Of a stretch of DNA of 64,000 nucleotides, positions 62,417-64,000 are shown in pieces. Numbering within the stretch: position 1 is the stretch's first letter; each line of letters starts with the position of its first letter. Below the pieces are notes generated by a model. It searched no databases, was not told where the DNA came from, and was given only the letters and a program-made list of their open reading frames with translations. The DNA comes from a virus (Duplodnaviria > Caudoviricetes). A program made the translations under genes and the position numbers. The stretch is taken from the IMG/VR virus record IMGVR_UViG_3300035208_006730. One strand, written 5' to 3'.

Positions 62417-63503
62417 TTAATCCACAGATCTTTTCAATTATTTCTTCATCTATAGAACTACCTGTTGGTAATACAAGAGTTCGAGTAACCATTCTTTCCG
62501 TTTCTGGAAGAAGAAGTCCTGCATTTGGAAAATAAGATTTGTAAGGTTCCATCCGATGACATCCTGGATAAAAATATTTTCGCGCAATGATATTATTATC
62601 TACCAATACCTTCAGAAGATCATCTCTATCTTCTACTTCAAGAACTATGTATTGATAATTACATTTCTCATTCTCGTTATATTGAAGAAGTTTTACTCCT
62701 GGGATATTTTCTAGTCCCTTTTTGTAGGCAAGATAATTTCTTTTGTTGATAGCAATTATTTTATCTATTTCTTCAAGACTTGTTAATCCCATAATCGCAG
62801 AAAACTCTGTCATCTTTCCATTTGTACCCACATAAATGATGTTATCTGGCCCGTTAAAACCAAAATTCTTCATTAGCCTGACTCTCTGTGCCAGTTCATC
62901 ACTGTTTGTTGAAATGGCGCCTCCTTCACAGCTATTTAAGAATTTAGTTGCGTGAAAAGAGAAGACTTCTATGTTTCCAAAGTTACCAATCATCTGTCCA
63001 TAATTAGAACATCCAAAGGCATGGGCAGCATCAAATAATACTGAAAGACGATGATCTGCTGCAATGTTTTCTATTGCGTCAGTATCTGCCGGTCTACCCC
63101 AAAGATGGACCCCTAGAATTCCTGAAGTCTTTGGGGTAATTAGTTTTTCTATTTTCTTTGGATCTAAGTTATGTGTTTCTGGATCTATATCGCAAAAGAC
63201 AGGAGTAATCTTTTGCCATTGAAGCGCATGTACTGTCGCAACAAAGGTAAAAGATGGAACTATAACTTCTCCTTTTAGTCCAAGAGCTCTAATTGCAATT
63301 TCTAAGCCAATAGTCGCATTATTTACAATAATTACATGTTTTGTTCCAATAAATTTTTGTAATTCTTTTTCAAATTCTTGAGCATATTTCCCATTGTTTG
63401 AAAGCCATTTGCGATCTAGAGCATCATTTAGTCGAAGAAGAAGTTTTTCTCTATTAGGGATATTGGGTCGACCAACTAAAAGTTTTTCGGGAAATAGAGA
63501 CAT
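62391..63503 (-). CDS. DegT/DnrJ/EryC1/StrS PLP-dependent NDP-sugar aminotransferase (VioA-like)
   Basis: WLSNNG, NATIGL, PSFTFVAT, PVFCDID, FDAAHAFG, FSFHATKF (PLP lysine), NGKMTE. Confidence 0.93.
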   Translation of the reverse strand: MSLFPEKLLVGRPNIPNREKLLLRLNDALDRKWLSNNGKYAQEFEKELQKFIGTKHVIIVNNATIGLEIAIRALGLKGEVIVPSFTFVATVHALQWQKITPVFCDIDPETHNLDPKKIEKLITPKTSGILGVHLWGRPADTDAIENIAADHRLSVLFDAAHAFGCSNYGQMIGNFGNIEVFSFHATKFLNSCEGGAISTNSDELAQRVRLMKNFGFNGPDNIIYVGTNGKMTEFSAIMGLTSLEEIDKIIAINKRNYLAYKKGLENIPGVKLLQYNENEKCNYQYIVLEVEDRDDLLKVLVDNNIIARKYFYPGCHRMEPYKSYFPNAGLLLPETERMVTRTLVLPTGSSIDEEIIEKICGLIRQQMESR

Positions 63504-63598
63504 TCTTTACTCGTACTGCCAAAAATTTCCTTCGGCTTTAATGGTAGATCGATCTTCAGGAAGAGCCATAGAAAGATCTGTTGTCCAAATAGAGTCCA

Positions 63599-64000
63599 TT
63601 ATTTTCCCTTCTCGCAAACAAGAAAAATACTACTACAAAGATCTGGATATTGCTGACCTAAAGAGTAACAACCTTCAAGATAATCTTCGGAAACAATTTG
63701 TTGAGGAATGACTTGATCCCATTGAAAATTAGCTAAAGCTTTCAGAAAGATTCCTGAACGATGAACAATATTAAGCCCAGCAAATTTAGCATCTCTTTCA
63801 AGAGTATCCATTGTATAGGTTATTCGATGGCCATGTTGATACTCTGATTCTGTCACAGCGGTAGTATGAGAGATCAATCCCATTCGAACAGCAATTTGTC
63901 TAGATAAGGCATTAGCGTTTGGACAAATAAGAAAAAGTCGCCCTATATCTGATAGCCATTCGTTATTAATTCTTTGAAGCGTAGAAATAGGATTATCTAG
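63599..64000 (-). CDS. class I SAM-dependent methyltransferase, 3' part (5' end outside window)
   Basis: frame open to the window edge: LDNPISTLQRINNEWL..GRLFLICPNANALSRQIAV..GHRITYT. Confidence 0.7.
   Translation of the reverse strand, partial: LDNPISTLQRINNEWLSDIGRLFLICPNANALSRQIAVRMGLISHTTAVTESEYQHGHRITYTMDTLERDAKFAGLNIVHRSGIFLKALANFQWDQVIPQQIVSEDYLEGCYSLGQQYPDLCSSIFLVCEKGK

Noticed and set aside
2526-63711. Numerous short antisense or overlapping ORFs in the track (e.g. 11686-12039, 32460-32882, 54289-54657, 63394-63711)
   Set aside because: Shadow frames of well-supported genes, with no recognisable motifs
1-64000. Alternative genetic code (TAG or TGA reassignment)
   Set aside because: Long genes are intact in the standard code, all three stops terminate coupled genes, and no suppressor tRNA is present
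1-64000. CRISPR array or cas operon suggested by Cas4-like and Cas9-related genes
   Set aside because: No repeat-spacer array was seen by eye; Cas4-like genes are solo and the RuvC/HNH protein is IscB

Overview
AT-rich, gene-dense 64-kb segment of a large (jumbo-type) dsDNA bacteriophage, read in the standard genetic code. It covers the DNA replication, nucleotide metabolism and accessory region, almost all on the + strand, with one minus-strand block at about 50.8-55.8 kb and another from 62.4 kb. Recognisable genes: class II ribonucleotide reductase (2 inteins), a DnaE-type polymerase split into a stand-alone PHP gene and a catalytic gene (2 inteins), a DnaG-DnaB primase-helicase fusion (1 intein), RecA, ThyX, dNMP kinase, an AAA+ ATPase, several phosphoesterases, nucleotidyltransferases and PD-(D/E)xK nucleases, SpoVG, an amidase, four tRNAs, a LamG/fibre-like cassette and the start of a sugar-modification cluster. 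Two observations stand out. (1) An IS200/IS605 OMEGA system: iscB + tnpA at the left edge, and 2 kb away a 400-bp omegaRNA-bearing mini-copy that interrupts a small gene. Both copies appear to end at ATAAA, so guide, TAM and empty target site can be inferred from the sequence. (2) The two dnaE halves are separated by a 997-bp three-gene block flanked by an in-frame AATGGAAG direct repeat; removing it would give a continuous DnaE of typical spacing. All family assignments come from motif recognition by eye, and no database searches were run.
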